Shown here: one piece after another, positions 16,536 through 31,144 of the stretch
Position numbering within the stretch: the first letter of the stretch is position 1
How the letters are laid out: every line of letters starts with the position of its first letter
Source of the DNA: the human T2T-CHM13v2.0 reference genome, Homo sapiens
Length of the DNA stretch: 64,000 bases
Assembly (NCBI RefSeq): GCF_009914755.1
Contig: NC_060947.1
Reading direction: 5' to 3' (one strand)
The notes under the pieces: generated by a model
Databases searched by the model: none
The model's input: the letters and a program-made list of their open reading frames with translations, nothing else
Told to the model about the DNA's origin: nothing
Program-made: the position numbers and the translations under genes

Positions 16536-19293
16536 CTCATTAAATGGTATACATAGAAATTGTACATTACACTTTTTATAAATATTACCTTCCCATAAAA
16601 AGAACTATTATCTCCTATTGAATTCAAGTTTATTATATGCATAGATGTTTGAGGTGTCTGAAAATTTCTCTTAAATACATGAAAAAGTAAAATGTATTGA
16701 TGAAAAAATAGAAATAGGTATAAATACGTAACCGGGAAAATATAAGAAACTGTTCATTTAATTTTTTTTCGAGTGGCTTTAGCTCTATTCTTTCTTTTCT
16801 GTATTTTCTTGGCACATAATATTTGTACATATTTATGAGACACAGAGTAATATTTTAATACATATATAAAATTGGTAGACCAAATTAGGGTAATTAGCAC
16901 ACCCATCACTTCAAAGATTTATAATTTTTTGTTTTGTGAATATTCAAAATCCTCTCTTCTAGCTTTTTAAAATATATACACTAAATTATTTTTAACTATA
17001 TTTACCTTACATTCCTATAGAACACCAGAACTTTCATCTCTCATCTAGCTGTAGCTTTGTATCTGTTAACTAACCACTGTATATCGTCTTCCCTGACACC
17101 ATTTTAACTCTCGAATAACCACAGATCTAGTGCCTACTTCTTTGGGTGCAATGTTGTTTTTTTAGCTCCCACATGTGAGTAAGGACATGCGGTAATTATT
17201 TCTGTGCTTTGTATAATTCATTTAACATAACGTCCTTCAGACTCATCCATGTTGCCATGAATAAAATAATCTTTCTTTTTTATAGGTAAATTATATTCCA
17301 TTTTGTATATATGCTAAAACTACATCATTCATCTGCTGATGAACATTTAGGTTGTCTCCATATCTTGGCAATTGTGAATAAAACTACAATAAACATGATG
17401 GAGCAGATATGTTTTTAATGTATTTATTATAATTCTTTTGAATAAATATCCAGCACTGGAATTGTTGGATCATATGGCAGTATTATTTTTAGTTTATTGA
17501 GAAACCTCCATGCTGTTTTTCATGCCTTTACTAATTTACATTTTTACAACAGTGTATAAGAGTTTCCTTTTCTCCATATTCTTGCTAGTACTAATTTCTC
17601 TTTTTGTCTTTTTGTTGATCACCATTCTAACTAGACTAAGATGATATTTCCTTATGGCTTTAATTCACATTTTCCTAAAGATTAGAGAAGCTTTTTTTAA
17701 AAAAAAAAATATAGATATAGAGTTGACCATCTGTATGTCTTCTTTTGAGAAATATCTGTTCAGATCCTTTGTCTAATTTTAGTCAGATGACAATGATTAT
17801 TATTGTTTGCTGTTGAGTTGTTTAAGTTCTTTGTATATTCTAGCTATTAGTCTATTGTTAGATAGATGGTTTACAAATGTTTTCTCTCATTCTCCAGGTT
17901 TTCTCTTCACTCTTTTTTTTTCTTTGCTATACAGAAGATTTTTAGTTTGATATATTCCCATTTGTCTATTTCTGGTTTTGTTTTCTGTTATTTTGAAGTG
18001 TTACTTATAAAATCTTTGCACATGTTAATGCCCTGAAGGATTACCATTATATTATCTTCTGGTAGTTTCAAAGCTTAAGTCTTTAATGCATTTTGAGTTG
18101 ATTTTTGTATGTTGTTAGACACAGGGGTCTAGGTTCATTCTCCTTGTGGATATCCAGTTTTCCCAGAATCATTTGTTAAAGATGATGTATTTTGCCCACT
18201 GTAAGCCCTCAGCACCTTTGTAAAAAAATCAGTTGGCTATAAACATGGATTTATTTCTGTGTCCTCTATTCTGTTCTATTGGTCTATGTGTCTGTTTTTA
18301 TACCAATAACATGTTGTTTTTGTTACTATAGCTTTGCAGTAAATTTAAAGTCAGGTACTTTGACACCTCCAGCTTTGTTCTTTTTGTCAGTATTGGTCTT
18401 ACTATTTGGGGCATTTTGTGCTTCCACATGACTTTTTGAAGTTTTTTAAAAATATTTCTTTGAAAATTTTTATTAATATTTTGATAAGAATTGAATAGGT
18501 AGATTGCTTTGGAAAGTATGGTCAAGTTTACAGTATTAATTATACTAATTCATGAGCATCAGATGTTTTGCCATTATTTTATGTGTCCTTATGAATTATT
18601 TATCCTTTTTTTGTCGGTTTCATTGTATAGATAGTTAATCTCCTTGGTTAATTTATTTTTAGTTTTTTTGAAACTATTATAATTGTTATTTTTTGTATGT
18701 TGATTTTGTATCCTGTCACTTTACTTAATTCGTTTATCAATTAGTTCTAAGAGTTTTTGGAAGAGTCTGTAGGTTTTTCTGCAAAGAGGGACAATTTGAC
18801 TTTCATTTTTTTCCCCAATTTGAATTTTCTTTGTTTTTTTTCTTGCCCAATTGCTTCTGCTAGAAATTCCAGTACTATGTTAAATAAGAGTGGTGAGAGT
18901 GGGCATTCTTTTCTTGTTGCAGTTCTTAGAGAAAGGCTTTTGGCTTTTCCCCATTCAGTGTGATGTTAGTTGTGAGTTTGTTATATATGGCCTTTATTGT
19001 TTTAAGGTATGTTTTGCTAGACTCAATTTGTTGAGAGCTTTTATCCCAAAGGGGTATTGAATTTCATCAAATGGTTTTAGTGTATGTTGCGATGATCATT
19101 TTTTTTTAATTTCTTTCTCTTGAAGTTATATACCACATTTATTGATTTACATATATTTAACCATGCTTGTATTTGTGGGATAATTTCCACATGCTCAGGG
19201 GATGCTATCTTTTTGATGTGTTGTTGAATATAGTTTGCTACTATTTTCCTAACGATTTTTACGTCTATGTTCATCAGGGTTATTGGCTTGTAG

Positions 19294-19338
19294 TTTTTTC
19301 TTTTTCTTTTTCTTTTTTTTTTTTTTTTTTTTTTTTTT
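19294..19338. repeat. Poly-T tract
   Basis: Expanded T-run inside L1 ORF2. Confidence 0.9.
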
Positions 19339-20416
19339 GGTGAGGGGAAAAGTGGTATCATACTCCAGTTTTGCTATAAGGGCAATACTGTCCTTGTAAA
19401 ATAAGTTTGAAAGAATTTCCTTGCCTTCAGTTTGTTTAAATACTTTAAGAGTTGATGTTATCTCGTGTTTAAAAGTTTTGTAGAATTGAGCAGTAAAGCC
19501 ATCTTGTTTTGGACTTTTCTTTGTTGTTCAACTTTTTATTACTGAATCAATGTTAGTACATGTTTTGGTCTGTTCAGGTTTTCTGTTTTTCTCTCTTTCA
19601 TTCTTGGTAGTTTATATATATCCATGAATTTACCTGTTTTCTCTAGGTTTTATAATTTGCTGGTGTATATTTGTTTATAGCATTCACTAGTGGTCATTTG
19701 TATTTTTGTAGTGTCAGTTGTAATATCCTCTTTTCTCTTTCCGATTTTATTTATAGAGATATTGCCTCTTTTTATTTAATTATTCTAACTAATGGTTTGA
19801 TTTTATCCTTTCCAAAAACAATTTTAATTTGGTTGACCTTTTATTTTATTTATTTATTTATTTATTTATTTTAGTTTCTCTTCTGTTTACTTGTGCTCTG
19901 GTCTTTATTTCTTCTTTTTTTTCCTACTAATTTGTGGTTTGGCTTTTTCTTGCTTTTCTAGTTCCTCCATGTGCAATGTTAGGTTGCTTATTTGAAATCA
20001 TCATACTTTTAAAAATATAGTTGCTTATTGCTATAAACTTCCCTTTTATTACTGCTTTTTCTGTATCCCATAGCTTTGGACATGCCATATTTTCATTATC
20101 CTTATTTTTATCATTAATTTTATTTATATTTATCATTATTTTATTGATGCAGTTGTCCTTCAGGAGCATGCTGTTTAATTTCCAAATATTTGGACAGTTT
20201 CCAGAGTTTTATTTGTTGTTGACTTCCAGGATTTTTTTATTGTGGTCTGAGAAGTTATTTGATATTACTTTGAGTTTTTATAGCTGTTTATACTTGTTTT
20301 GTGGATTAACATATGGTCTATTTTGGAGAATGTTCAATGTTCTGACAATAAGAATGTGTATTCTACAGGTATTGGAGAAATTTTTTTTATAAATTTTTAC
20401 CTAGATCCCATTGGCC

Positions 20417-20793
20417 TGTATTAGTCTGTTCTCATACTGCTATAAAGAACTTCCGAAGACTGGGTAATTTATAAAGGAAAGAGGTTTAATTGTCTCACAA
20501 TTCCGCATGGCTGGGAGACATCAGAAAACTTACAATCATAGTGGAAGGCAAAAGGAAGCAATGCACCTTCTACACAAGGTGGCAGGAGGGAGAATCAATG
20601 CAGGAGGAGCTACCAAACAGTTATAAAACCATCAGATCTTTTGAGAACTCACTCACTATCATGAGAACAGCATGGGGAAAACTGCCTCCATGATTCAACT
20701 ACCTCCACTTGGTCTCTCCCTTGACATGTGGGGATTATGGGGATTATAATTCAAGATGAGATTCGAGTGGGGACACAAAGCCTAACAATCTCA
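20417..20793 (-). mobile_element. THE1D-like MaLR solo LTR
   Basis: 'tgtattagtctgttctcatactgctataaagaac' through 'gagattcgagtggggacacaaagcctaacaatctca'; TG..CA ends. Confidence 0.9.
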
Positions 20794-21871
20794 GGTCTAT
20801 ATTGCATATTAAGTGCAATATTTTTTGTTGATTTTCTGTCAAGATGATTCGTCCTATACAAAAGCAGGAAGTTGAAATTCTCAATGATTATTATATCAGG
20901 GTCTATCTCTTTAGCATTAAGTGTATTTGCTTTATATGCCTTAGTGCTCTGGTGTTGAATGCATAAATATTTATAATTTTCATACCCTCTTGCTGAATTG
21001 ATCCCTTTGTCATTATACAATAACCTTCTCTGTCTTCCTGTTATGTGTTTTTTTTTTTTACTTGGAGTTTACTTTTTCTGACATAAGTATAGCTACTCCT
21101 AGCTACTCTTGCATGCTCTTGGTTTTTGTTTGCGTAAAATATCTTTGTTCTTTTCACTTAAAAAGGTAAAGTGAATTTCTTGTAGGCAGCATATAGTTGA
21201 GTCTTTTTCTTTTATCCACTCAGCCAGCCTATACACATTTATCTGAGAATTTAAATTATTTATACTTAAGCTTCTTATAGATAGGTGAGGGCTTACTCTT
21301 GTTATTTTGTTAATTGTTTTCTGATTGTTTTGTATATTCTTTTTCCTATTTTTCCTCTTATTGTTTCTCATTGCAATTTGGCCATTTTCTCTACTTATAA
21401 GGTTTAATTATTTTGTCTTTCTCATATGTATATCTGCTCTACTACTGAGTTTTATACATTCTTGTGTTTTTATAGTGATATATATTGTTCTTTTCTTCCC
21501 AAATGTAGGAGTACTTTTAACATTTTTATGGGGCCAATCTAGTGGAGATTAATTTCCTCAGATTTTGCTTGTCTTTGAAAAACTTTGTCTTTAATTTCTG
21601 AAAGAAAAAAAAAAAAGCTTTGCTAGTTATAGTATTCCAGGCTCAAAATTTTTCCCTTTCAGCACTTTGAATATACTATTTTATCTTGTTCTGTAAGGAT
21701 TCTACTGGGAAATATGCTGCTACTCTGGTGGATATTCCCTTTTACGTGGCTTACTATTCTTTTGCTGTTTTTGGAAATCTCTCTTTGTTTTTGACTTTTG
21801 ACTATTTGATTTTAATGTGCATCAGAAAAGACATTTTTGAGTTGAATCTATTTAGAAATATTTGACCTTCC

Positions 21872-21898
21872 TCTATCATCTATCTATCTATCTATCTG

Positions 21899-21940
<42 letters not shown>

Positions 21941-21945
21941 ATCTA
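21872..21945. repeat. (TATC)n tetranucleotide microsatellite
   Basis: ctatctatctatc... with minor interruptions. Confidence 0.93.
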
Positions 21946-23819
21946 TGTATCATTATTTCAAGACTTAGGAAGTGTTCAGCTATTATTTTTTGAAAATTTT
22001 ATGCCTTTTTCTACTTCTGCTACAGCTGCCAACAAGGAATACGTTTGTTTGCTTGATGGTATTCCATATGTCATGTAGGATTTCTTTATTCTCTTTCCGT
22101 TTTCTTTTCTTCTGTCCGACTGTATTCTTGTAAAAAAACGTGTCTATAAGTTTAGAAATTCTTCCTTCTGCTTAATTTATTTTATAGTTGAGTCTTTCTA
22201 ATGTAGTTTTATTTCATGCATTGATTTTTTTAGTTTCATGGTTTGTTTTATTCTCTTTTATGACATCTTTTACTTAAAATTTCTTCACATCATGTATTCT
22301 GATTCCTTTGTGTTATTTATGTGTGTGTGTGTGTTTTAATTTCACTGAGTTTTCCTAAGATAATAATTATTAATTATTTTTATAGCATTTTATCAATTTC
22401 TTTTTCTTTGGGGTCTGTTATTAGTTGGCGATTATTGTGTTGCTTGGAGGTGTCATGTTTTCTCGCCTTTTGTATTTCTTGTGTCTCTACATCAATATCT
22501 TTACATCTGGTATAACAGTCATTTTTTTTCCAGTTTTATGGAGTAGCTTTCATAAGGAAATTTTTTTCCTGCAGTTGTATCTACAATGTTAGTTTGGTAG
22601 GGTATTTTGGTTTCAGTTCTGAGTGGGAGCCATAATGTAATCCCCATATAATTTTTGTTTTTGGTCTGTAATCAATGTCAGTGGTGTCTATGAGTTTCTC
22701 AGTGGCTTAGGCTGTGGATGCTGGTAGAGACAATGATGAGGCTTTGCTGGGGACAGAGACACTGAGAAGGCTGGTTCTCAGGCTCCTGTGATACACCTGA
22801 AGACCAGCTGTACTGGTGAGAGGCTTAAGTCAGACTGGTTATTTTCTTTGTGTGTGTGTGGGTGCTGGGGAGCAGGCAAGTTGCATTGGGTTGGGCAGTG
22901 GCAGAAGAAGGTCCCAGGTGGGCCAATTCTTAGATCCCTAGTTAGGGTGCATGAACACTGGTTGTTGTGGTGGTGGGCCAGGCAGGCCAGTGATCAGATT
23001 CTTGCATAGTGCATGTGGGCGCCAGTAGTATTGGTTACAGTGATCAATACAGGCTGGGTTTGGAATTTCTAAGTGACAATGGCATGTGTTGATGCGTGGC
23101 AGCCCTGCTGTTGAGAAGGCCTGGTTACGGTAGGTGGCAACAGCCCCAGAGAGGCAGCTCTTAGGCTATAGAAAGCACAAGTTTTGGCTTCTTGTTTTCT
23201 GAAGGTAACAACCCTGAGGTCTTGGACCATCTGTTTTCTGGGGTGTAGGGCATTAGGTAGGTTGGATGTCATGAACATGGGCACACTGTCATATTTAGCT
23301 AGTGTTGTGATGCTGCCACACTTTTTGTGGATATTGGGTAATATTGGTGTGATCCTGGGGATTTGGAGATGCAAGGTTTCTTGGTCTCCGGGGCAAGATA
23401 TGGTTTGGTATTGATTCCATTGGGCCAAATGGTGCCATACTGCAGCAGCTAGGATCGTGGGGGTAGGTCAGATCTAGTGAGAATTTTCTATCTGGTATAG
23501 TGTAGTTGTGTAGACTTTAGGCAGCTTCTTTTACTAGGCTCAGAGCCTGAGAGGGTCCGGTTACCCTCCCATAGCTAGGATTACATGCATATGTGGTGGG
23601 AATAAGGTCTATTGGGACACAAAATGTTAACTTTAAAATTTAGGAAGTTAAAATATAAATGATTACTGCACCATTATTTCACTTGTTTTGCGATTATGTT
23701 TTCATATTAAAATGTTTAATAAATATGTAGATCACAGTAAATGAGTAATTAGAGAGTAATTTATAGCTTAAAATGCTTATAAGAGAAAATAAAAAGGTTT
23801 TTAAATCAATAATCTAAAC

Positions 23820-23880
23820 TAAGAGTCAGCAAAGTTTATCTGTGAAAATCCATATAGTGAATCTTTTAGATTTTGTGGGT
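23820..23880 (+). mobile_element. MER58-like hAT MITE end fragment
   Basis: 'agagtcagcaaagtttatctgtgaaaatccatatagtgaatcttttagattttgtggg' resembles the MER58 terminus. Confidence 0.5.
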
Positions 23881-23884
23881 GAAG

Positions 23885-24105
23885 TTCCCAGGCCATTACC
23901 AATATTAACTGCCAGGCATATGAGTGAAAACAGTTTCAGATGATTCCTGCCCCAGCATCTGACTCACCTTCAGAGAGAAACAAAGATAATCCTTTCCTTT
24001 TATGCCCTATTCAAATTTAAAATCCAAAGACTTCATGGCATAATAAAATGATTATTTTAAGCTGTTGTATATTGTAGTAATTTATTGCTCAGAAATATTA
24101 GCTAT
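23885..24105 (+). mobile_element. Old MLT1 (H/I/J-like) LTR 3' fragment
   Basis: 'gccaggcatatgagtg..agatgattcctgccccagc..aataaaatgattattttaagc'. Confidence 0.55.
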
Positions 24106-25189
24106 ACCATAAGTGTTAAACGGCACTAAACAAAAAATATTTTTGATTTATTAAGACTATGGTTAATTCACAATGTAGAATTCATGTCCTATTCTTTTTA
24201 TAAAAGGTTATCTAAAATATTCTATGCAAAAAAATTTGGGAAATGCTGAGATATGAAAATGATTTTTCCCCCAATAGCAGGCAAATCACTAAATGTAACA
24301 GATAAATTATACTCATTTAAATAATACACAGAAACCTAGTATGACAAGTTAAATAAAATGTTAAAATTAAAACCCACAGAGACAAAAGAAAAATGGAAAA
24401 TATTTTCAAGCTGTCAAAAGTCAAAGATTATTTTAAAAATTTTTCATTAAGTCTCAGTGGAAAAAGCTAAAAAATTAAAAGCAAACATCAAAGGACTTTC
24501 TTGGAATAGATTAGCATGTTTTTCTCAAATGAATGATAACTGAGCTAGCTAATTAAAAAGTAAAATTAGATGTTGTAGGATGGTTGTATTTTTATATTAA
24601 AAATGAGTCTTCTATTTAGAAAAAAAACCTTTATTTTTAGAGCAGTTTTAGGTTCACAGTGATATTGAGAAGAAAAAAACAGAGAGCTCCCATATACCTC
24701 CTTCCAATATACATGCAGAATCTCCTCTACTATAAACGTCACACACAGGAGTGGTATATATGTTACAACCTATGAACCTACATTAACTTATTATTATCAC
24801 CCAATGCCCATAGTTTACATTAGGATTCAATCACGGTTCTGTAAATTGCACGGGTTTTGGCAAATTTGTATTGACATGTATCTAATATTTTATTATACAG
24901 AATAGTTTCACTGCCCTAAAAATCTTCTTTGTTCTGCCTATTCATCTGTCCCTCTCCTGTAGCCCCTGGGAAACATTGATTATTATACTTTTTTAACAGT
25001 TTTGCCTTTTTAAGAATGTCAAATAGTTGGAATAATGAAGTATGTATCATTTTATCTTGAATTCTTTCACTTGTTAATATTCATTTAAAGTTACTCTATG
25101 TATTTTCATGTGTTGATATCTGTTATTTTTAGTGATGAATTATATTTCATTGTCTGGATGAACCACAATTTATTTAGTCATTCACCTAC

Positions 25190-25780
25190 TCTTTTAGTCA
25201 AGGTTCTCCAGATATCTATATAACTCTATCAATCTGTATGTCTATATAGATATATATATAGTCTATATAGATATATATAGAGATAGATAGATAGATTGAT
25301 TGATTGATTGATTTATCAAAGGAATTGGCTCACTCAATTATGGAAGCTGAGAACTTCCACAATATGCCATCTGGAACCTGAAGAACTAGAAAAGTAGCTA
25401 GCATGGCTCCCAGTCCAAGTCCAAAGGCAACAGAATCAAAGAAGCCAATGGTGTAACTCTCAGTTCAAGGCCAAAGCCCAGAGTCCAGAGGCTATTGTTG
25501 CAAGTCCTGAAGTTCAAAAGCCATAGAACCCAGAGTTCTCAAGTCCAAGGGCAAGAGAGGGAGGGTGTATCAACTAGGGGAAGAGACAGGCAGAACTATG
25601 CATGCTTCTTCTGCCTTTCTAATCCATTCTGGTTGGCAGTTGACAGTATGGTGCTCACTCACATTGAGAGTGAATCTTTCCCACTCAGTACACTGACTTA
25701 CATGCTTATCTCCTCTGGAAACACCCTCGCAGACACACATGGACGGCCCAATCATTGTAATAGAATGCCAAACAACCTGT
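25190..25780 (-). mobile_element. MLT2B/C-like ERV-L LTR
   Basis: 'ttagtcaaggttctccaga..ggaattggctcactcaattatggaagctgagaa..tggaaacaccctcgcagacaca'. Confidence 0.85.
25241..25313. repeat. Compound (TA)n/(GATA)n/(GATT)n microsatellite within MLT2
   Basis: Directly visible. Confidence 0.85.
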
Positions 25781-25786
25781 TTTGTA

Positions 25787-25817
<31 letters not shown>

Positions 25818-25900
25818 TTTTTGGCAGAAGAGGAACAGCCTTAGTACTTACTGAAGCATTGACAATAGTTAATGCAATGATTGAAGTAGATAATGCTTTA

Positions 25901-27445
25901 TCAGGAATTGATTAAGGGACAATGGTTTTCTGTTTTTACAATTTGAATTAGATATTTGTTCATTTAACATGAAAGTTTTCTGCTTATAAAGATTAAGTGA
26001 GAATTCCTATTTCATTTCTAGAAACATCATAATCAATTACCAATGCCATAATTCTACATAAGTCAGACTGTAATTAATATTTATTTTTCTGACATAGGAT
26101 CAACTCTGTCACCCAGGTTTAAGTGAAGTGGCATAATTCTAGCTCACCGCACCCATAAACTCCTGGGATCAAGCAATGTTCCTTCCTCTTGCCTCAGAGT
26201 CGCTGGGACTACACATGCACACCACCACACTACGCTAATATATCTTTTCTTTTCCGTTGGAGAGACGGAGGTCACACTTCTATTGCCCAGGCTGGTCTTG
26301 GTATCTTGGCCTCAAGGGATATTTCTATCTTAGCCTCCTAAAGCCCTGGGATTATAGTCGTGATCCACTACACTTGGTCAGTCAGACTATTCTGATTGTT
26401 GCTCCACCTCTGTTGTTCATTATGGTAACTATGCCTACCTTGACTTTGGTGGTAAATGCTGCCAACTGGTCCCTGCAACACTGAGACCCAACTATTCCCA
26501 TCACATTTATGTTTTCTAATTAAATGACTGCAGTTTCCACTGTAAGGTCTGACCTACAGAGAAGAGCAGTCACGAAGCTCTTCAAGAATGCTAGGGTACC
26601 ATTCACGAATCTTTCTCAAAGTATTCTTGAAAGATATGTCTTCTGAACCCTCTAACTGTGAATGAGTGAGTTTTAAGTGACAAATACATTTTAGCATTTC
26701 AGTCTCCTTAAGCCTTTAAATCTTTTATTCCACATTAAACTAAGGAATATTGGGCATCTTGAACTCTATCATGGTGGGCCATCTTTTGATCCATGTTTCA
26801 GCCAACCAAGCAAACAAACTGTTGAAGCCTTTTCTAACTCACTGAGTTGCAACATTAAATGTAGAATCTCTGCTTTGTAGGCCCATATAAATAAATTTAG
26901 CCTGATTCAACTAAATGTTCCTTCCGCCATTCTCCTACACCCTTAATATCTATTCCTCCACATCTTCCCCAGATTTATGCTTGTATTAATTAGAAAACTC
27001 AAATAGTTCTTTTGGAGTGTGGCATATTTTGGAGTGTGTCACACTTTGTACCTCACCTTTAGTGGCCTGCTGGATTTTGAGTTTAGTTATGAGTTTTGAG
27101 TTTAGTTTAGAAATAGAAGAGAATGGAAGAAGTGAATCTTGAAAACAGCCAGCATTGCCTTTCTTGGAAATTGCCTTAGGGGAATTCATTATCGTTTCCT
27201 CAGGCAATGCAGAGTGAATTCCCTGGAACAGGGGCAAAAAGGCTCATACAACTCTATTAGATTTGGAAAAGCTGTTAAAAAATAAAGTGTAAAGCCCACC
27301 TACACTGGCAAAAAAAATACTCATCAGAATTTGGGAGCACAATGTTTGCAGCTTCAATAGAGTCATCCCTCACATCTGCATCTCAACTTGGAGGGTCATA
27401 TTCTTTCCCAGTAATTGCTCTTACTTTAACAGTAAACACCCTAAC
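25901..27445 (-). mobile_element. ERV-L internal gag remnant
   Basis: Reverse complement is collinear with gag at about 51880-53100. ORF 26986-27237 ends 'HTPKELFEFSN', compare 52281-52315. Confidence 0.85.
26075..26379 (-). mobile_element. AluJ
   Basis: Diverged dimeric Alu; TSD agtcagact(g/a)t at 26061-26071 and 26380-26390. Confidence 0.9.
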
Positions 27446-27446
27446 T

Positions 27447-28005
<559 letters not shown>

Positions 28006-28197
28006 TATCTTTCCATGTCTTCATACTTCACTTTCTTCACCACTAAATAATATTCCATTGTCTAGATTCTAGATGAACCACAGTTCATTCATTACCCTCC
28101 TGAAGAAGATTTTGCTTGCTTCCAATTTGTAGCAGTTAGGAATAAAGCTGCTATAAACATCTGTGTGCAGATATTTGTGTGAAAATAGATTTTCTTT

Positions 28198-28632
28198 TTA
28201 AACATTTTAATTAAAAATATATGTATATATTTATGTAGTCCAATGTGATTTTTAAATATATGTATACATGGTGGAATAATTAAATCAAGCAAATTAACGT
28301 ATTCATTATTCCACCTACTTATCTTTTCTTTCCCCTTTGGGAAAACATTTAAAATTTACTCTTTTAGCAATTTTGAAATATATAATACACTATTATTAAC
28401 TATGGTCAACATGTTCTGCAATTGAACACTAAAATTTACTCCTCTTGTCTAACTGAGATTTTGTACCCTTTGGCCAATATCTTTTCTTTCCCCATACCTA
28501 CCCCCAGCCTCTGGTGACCATCATTCTACTCTCTACTTCAATGAATTAATAAACATTTTTAGATTTCACATGTAAGTGAAGTCATATAATATCTGTCTTT
28601 CTGTTACTGGCTTAGTTAATTCAGCATAATGG
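28198..28632 (-). mobile_element. 5'-truncated L1MA7/8-like 3' end
   Basis: L1MA 3'UTR motifs; TSD atagattttcttt at 28185-28197 and 28635-28647. Confidence 0.8.
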
Positions 28633-28711
28633 ACATAGATTTTCTTTACTACTTTATATTCCTTTATATTACTTTTTTTTTAGTAACAAAGAGAGTGATT
28701 ACTAGATTGTA

Positions 28712-28790
28712 TTAGATTGCTGCAAAAGTAATTGTGGTTTTTCTGTTAAAAGTAATGGCAAAAATCACAATTACTTTTGCACCAACCTAA
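28712..28790. mobile_element. MADE1 (Hsmar1-derived mariner MITE)
   Basis: About 80-bp palindrome 'ttagattgctgcaaaagtaattg...caattacttttgcaccaacctaa' flanked by TA on both sides. Confidence 0.92.
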
Positions 28791-29907
28791 TAAGAGTATA
28801 TTTAGTTTTATAAGAAACTGCTATAACTTTCTTCCAAGTGACTGGACTCTTCCTTCTTCCTTCCAGCCACCAATGAATGAGAGTTCCTGTTGGTCCACAT
28901 CCTCATCAACATTTGTTGTTGTATTTTAAATTTGGCATTTTAATAGGTATCTACTGAGATATCATTGTTGTTTAATCGTAATTCCCTCATGACACCTGTG
29001 TTAAACATCTCTTCATATGGTTATTTAGTCACCTGTGTAACATTTTTGGCGAAATGTCTGTTTATACCTTTTAAACATTTTTAAAACTTCTATTTCAGGT
29101 TCAAAGATACATATGCAGGTTTGCTGCATAGGTACCTTGCATGTCACAGAGATTTGGTGCACAAATTATTTCATTGCCCAAGTAATAAGCATAGTACTTG
29201 ATAGATTTTACAATCTTTAGTAACTTCTCACCCTCCACCCTAAAGTAGGCCCCAGTGTCTATAGTTCCCTTTGTTGTTTCCATATGTACTCAATATTTAA
29301 TTTTCACTTATATGTGAGAACGTGTGGTATTTGGTTTTCTGTTCCTGCATTAGTTGACTTTGGATAATGGCCTCCAGCTCCATCCATGTTGCTACAAAAT
29401 ACAAGATCTCATTTTATATGGATGCATAATATTTCATGATGTATATGTACCACATTTTCTTTATCCAGTCTATACTTGATGGGCACTTAGGTTGATTCCA
29501 TGTATTGGCTATTGGGAATAGTGCTGTGATGAACATATGCATGCACGTGTCTTTATGGTAGAACAATTTATATTCCTTTGGGTATATACCCAGTAATGGG
29601 AATGCTGGATCAAGTGATGATTCTGTTTTAATCCTTTGAAATATGGCCAAACTGCTTTCCACAATGGCTGAACTAATTTACATACCTGCCAGTAGTGCAT
29701 AAGCATTCCTATTTCTTCACAGCCTCACCAGCATCTGTTATTTTTTGACATTTCAATAATAGCCATTCTGACTGGTGTGAGATGATATGGCATACTAGTT
29801 TGACTTGCATTTATGTAATTATTAGTTATATTAACCATTCATTTATATGCTTATTGGCTGCACTAATGTCTTATTTTGAAAATTGCCTGTCCATGTTCTT
29901 TGCCCAC

Positions 29908-30270
29908 TGACATGGTTTGGCTCTGTGTCCCCATCCAAATCTCATCTTGTAGCTCCTATAATTCCCATGTGTTGTGGGAGGGACCTGGTGGGAAATAATT
30001 GAATCATAGGGGCAGGTCTTTCCCTGCTGGTCTCGTGATAGTGAATGGGTCTCACGAGATCTGATGGTTTTAAAAATGGGAGTTTCTCTGCACAAGCTCT
30101 TTTTGCCTGCTGCCATCCAAGTAAAATGTGACTTGCTCGTCATTGCCTTCTGCCATGATTGTGAAGCCCCCCCAGTCACGTGGAACTGTAAGTCCAACAA
30201 ACCTCTTTCCTTTGTAAATTGCTCAGTTTCGGCTATGTCTTTATCAGCAGCGTGAAAAAGGACTGATACA
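29908..30270 (+). mobile_element. THE1A MaLR solo LTR
   Basis: 'tgacatggtttggctctgtgtcccc..gactgataca'; TSD cccac (29903-29907; 30271-30275). Confidence 0.93.
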
Positions 30271-31144
30271 CCCACGTTTAAATAGTTTTGTTTGGTTTTT
30301 GCTTGTAAATATGTTTAATTTCCTTACATATTCTGGATCTTAGATCTCTGTTGGATGCATAGTTTGAAAATGTTTTCTCCCATTCTGTTGGTCGTCTGTT
30401 AACTCTTTTGATCATTTCTCTCTTTTGCTGTGCAGAAGCACTTTCATTTAATTAGGTCCCATCTATCAATTGTTGTTTTTGCTGCAATTGCTTTTGGTGA
30501 CTCATCATGAAGTCTTTACCAGGTCCTATGTCTAGAATGGTATTTCCTAGTTTTTTTTTTCCAGGGTTTTTATAGGTATTAGTTTTAGATTTAAGTCACT
30601 AATTCATTTTATTGATTTTTGTATATGGTGTAATAAAGGGGTCCAGTTTTAATCTTCTGAATATGGCTTGCCAGTTTTCCCAGCACCATTATTGAATGTG
30701 GAATCCTTTTCCCAGCACTCGTTTCTATAAATTTTGTCAAAGATCAAACTGGTGTAGGTGTGTGACCTTATTTCTGAGCTCTTTATTCTGTTCCATTGGT
30801 CATCATGTTTGTTTTGGCACCAGTACCATGATGTTTTGGTCACTGTAGTCCTATAATATAGTTTGAAGTCAGGTAATGTGATGTCTCTAGCTTTATTCTT
30901 TTTGCTTAGGATTGCCTTGGCTATTCGAGCTTCTTTGTGGTTCCACATGGATTTAAAAATAGATATCTAGTTCTGTGAAGAATGTTATTGATAGTTTGAA
31001 AGGAATAACATTAAATCTGTAAATTGCTTTGGGCAGTATGGTCAATTTGGCAATATTATTTCTTCCTATCCATGAGCATGGAGTTTTTTTGTTTTTCATT
31101 TGTTTGTGTCACTTGATTTTTTTCAGCATGATTTTGTAATTCTT

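Larger units (their letters stand above)
16790..23570 (-). mobile_element. Near full-length L1MA5-7-like element (3'UTR, ORF2, ORF1, 5' region)
   Basis: The 3' end reads 'caaattagggtaattagcacacccatcacttcaaa' on the + strand. Minus ORFs 18298-18525, 19077-19361 and 21099-21371 are ORF2p-like. GC-richer 5' region at 22700-23570. Confidence 0.82.

Noticed and set aside
28712-28790. Hairpin as a novel ncRNA or miRNA gene
   Set aside because: It is fully explained by MADE1 terminal inverted repeats. Some MADE1 copies yield miR-548 members, but nothing in the sequence shows that this one does.
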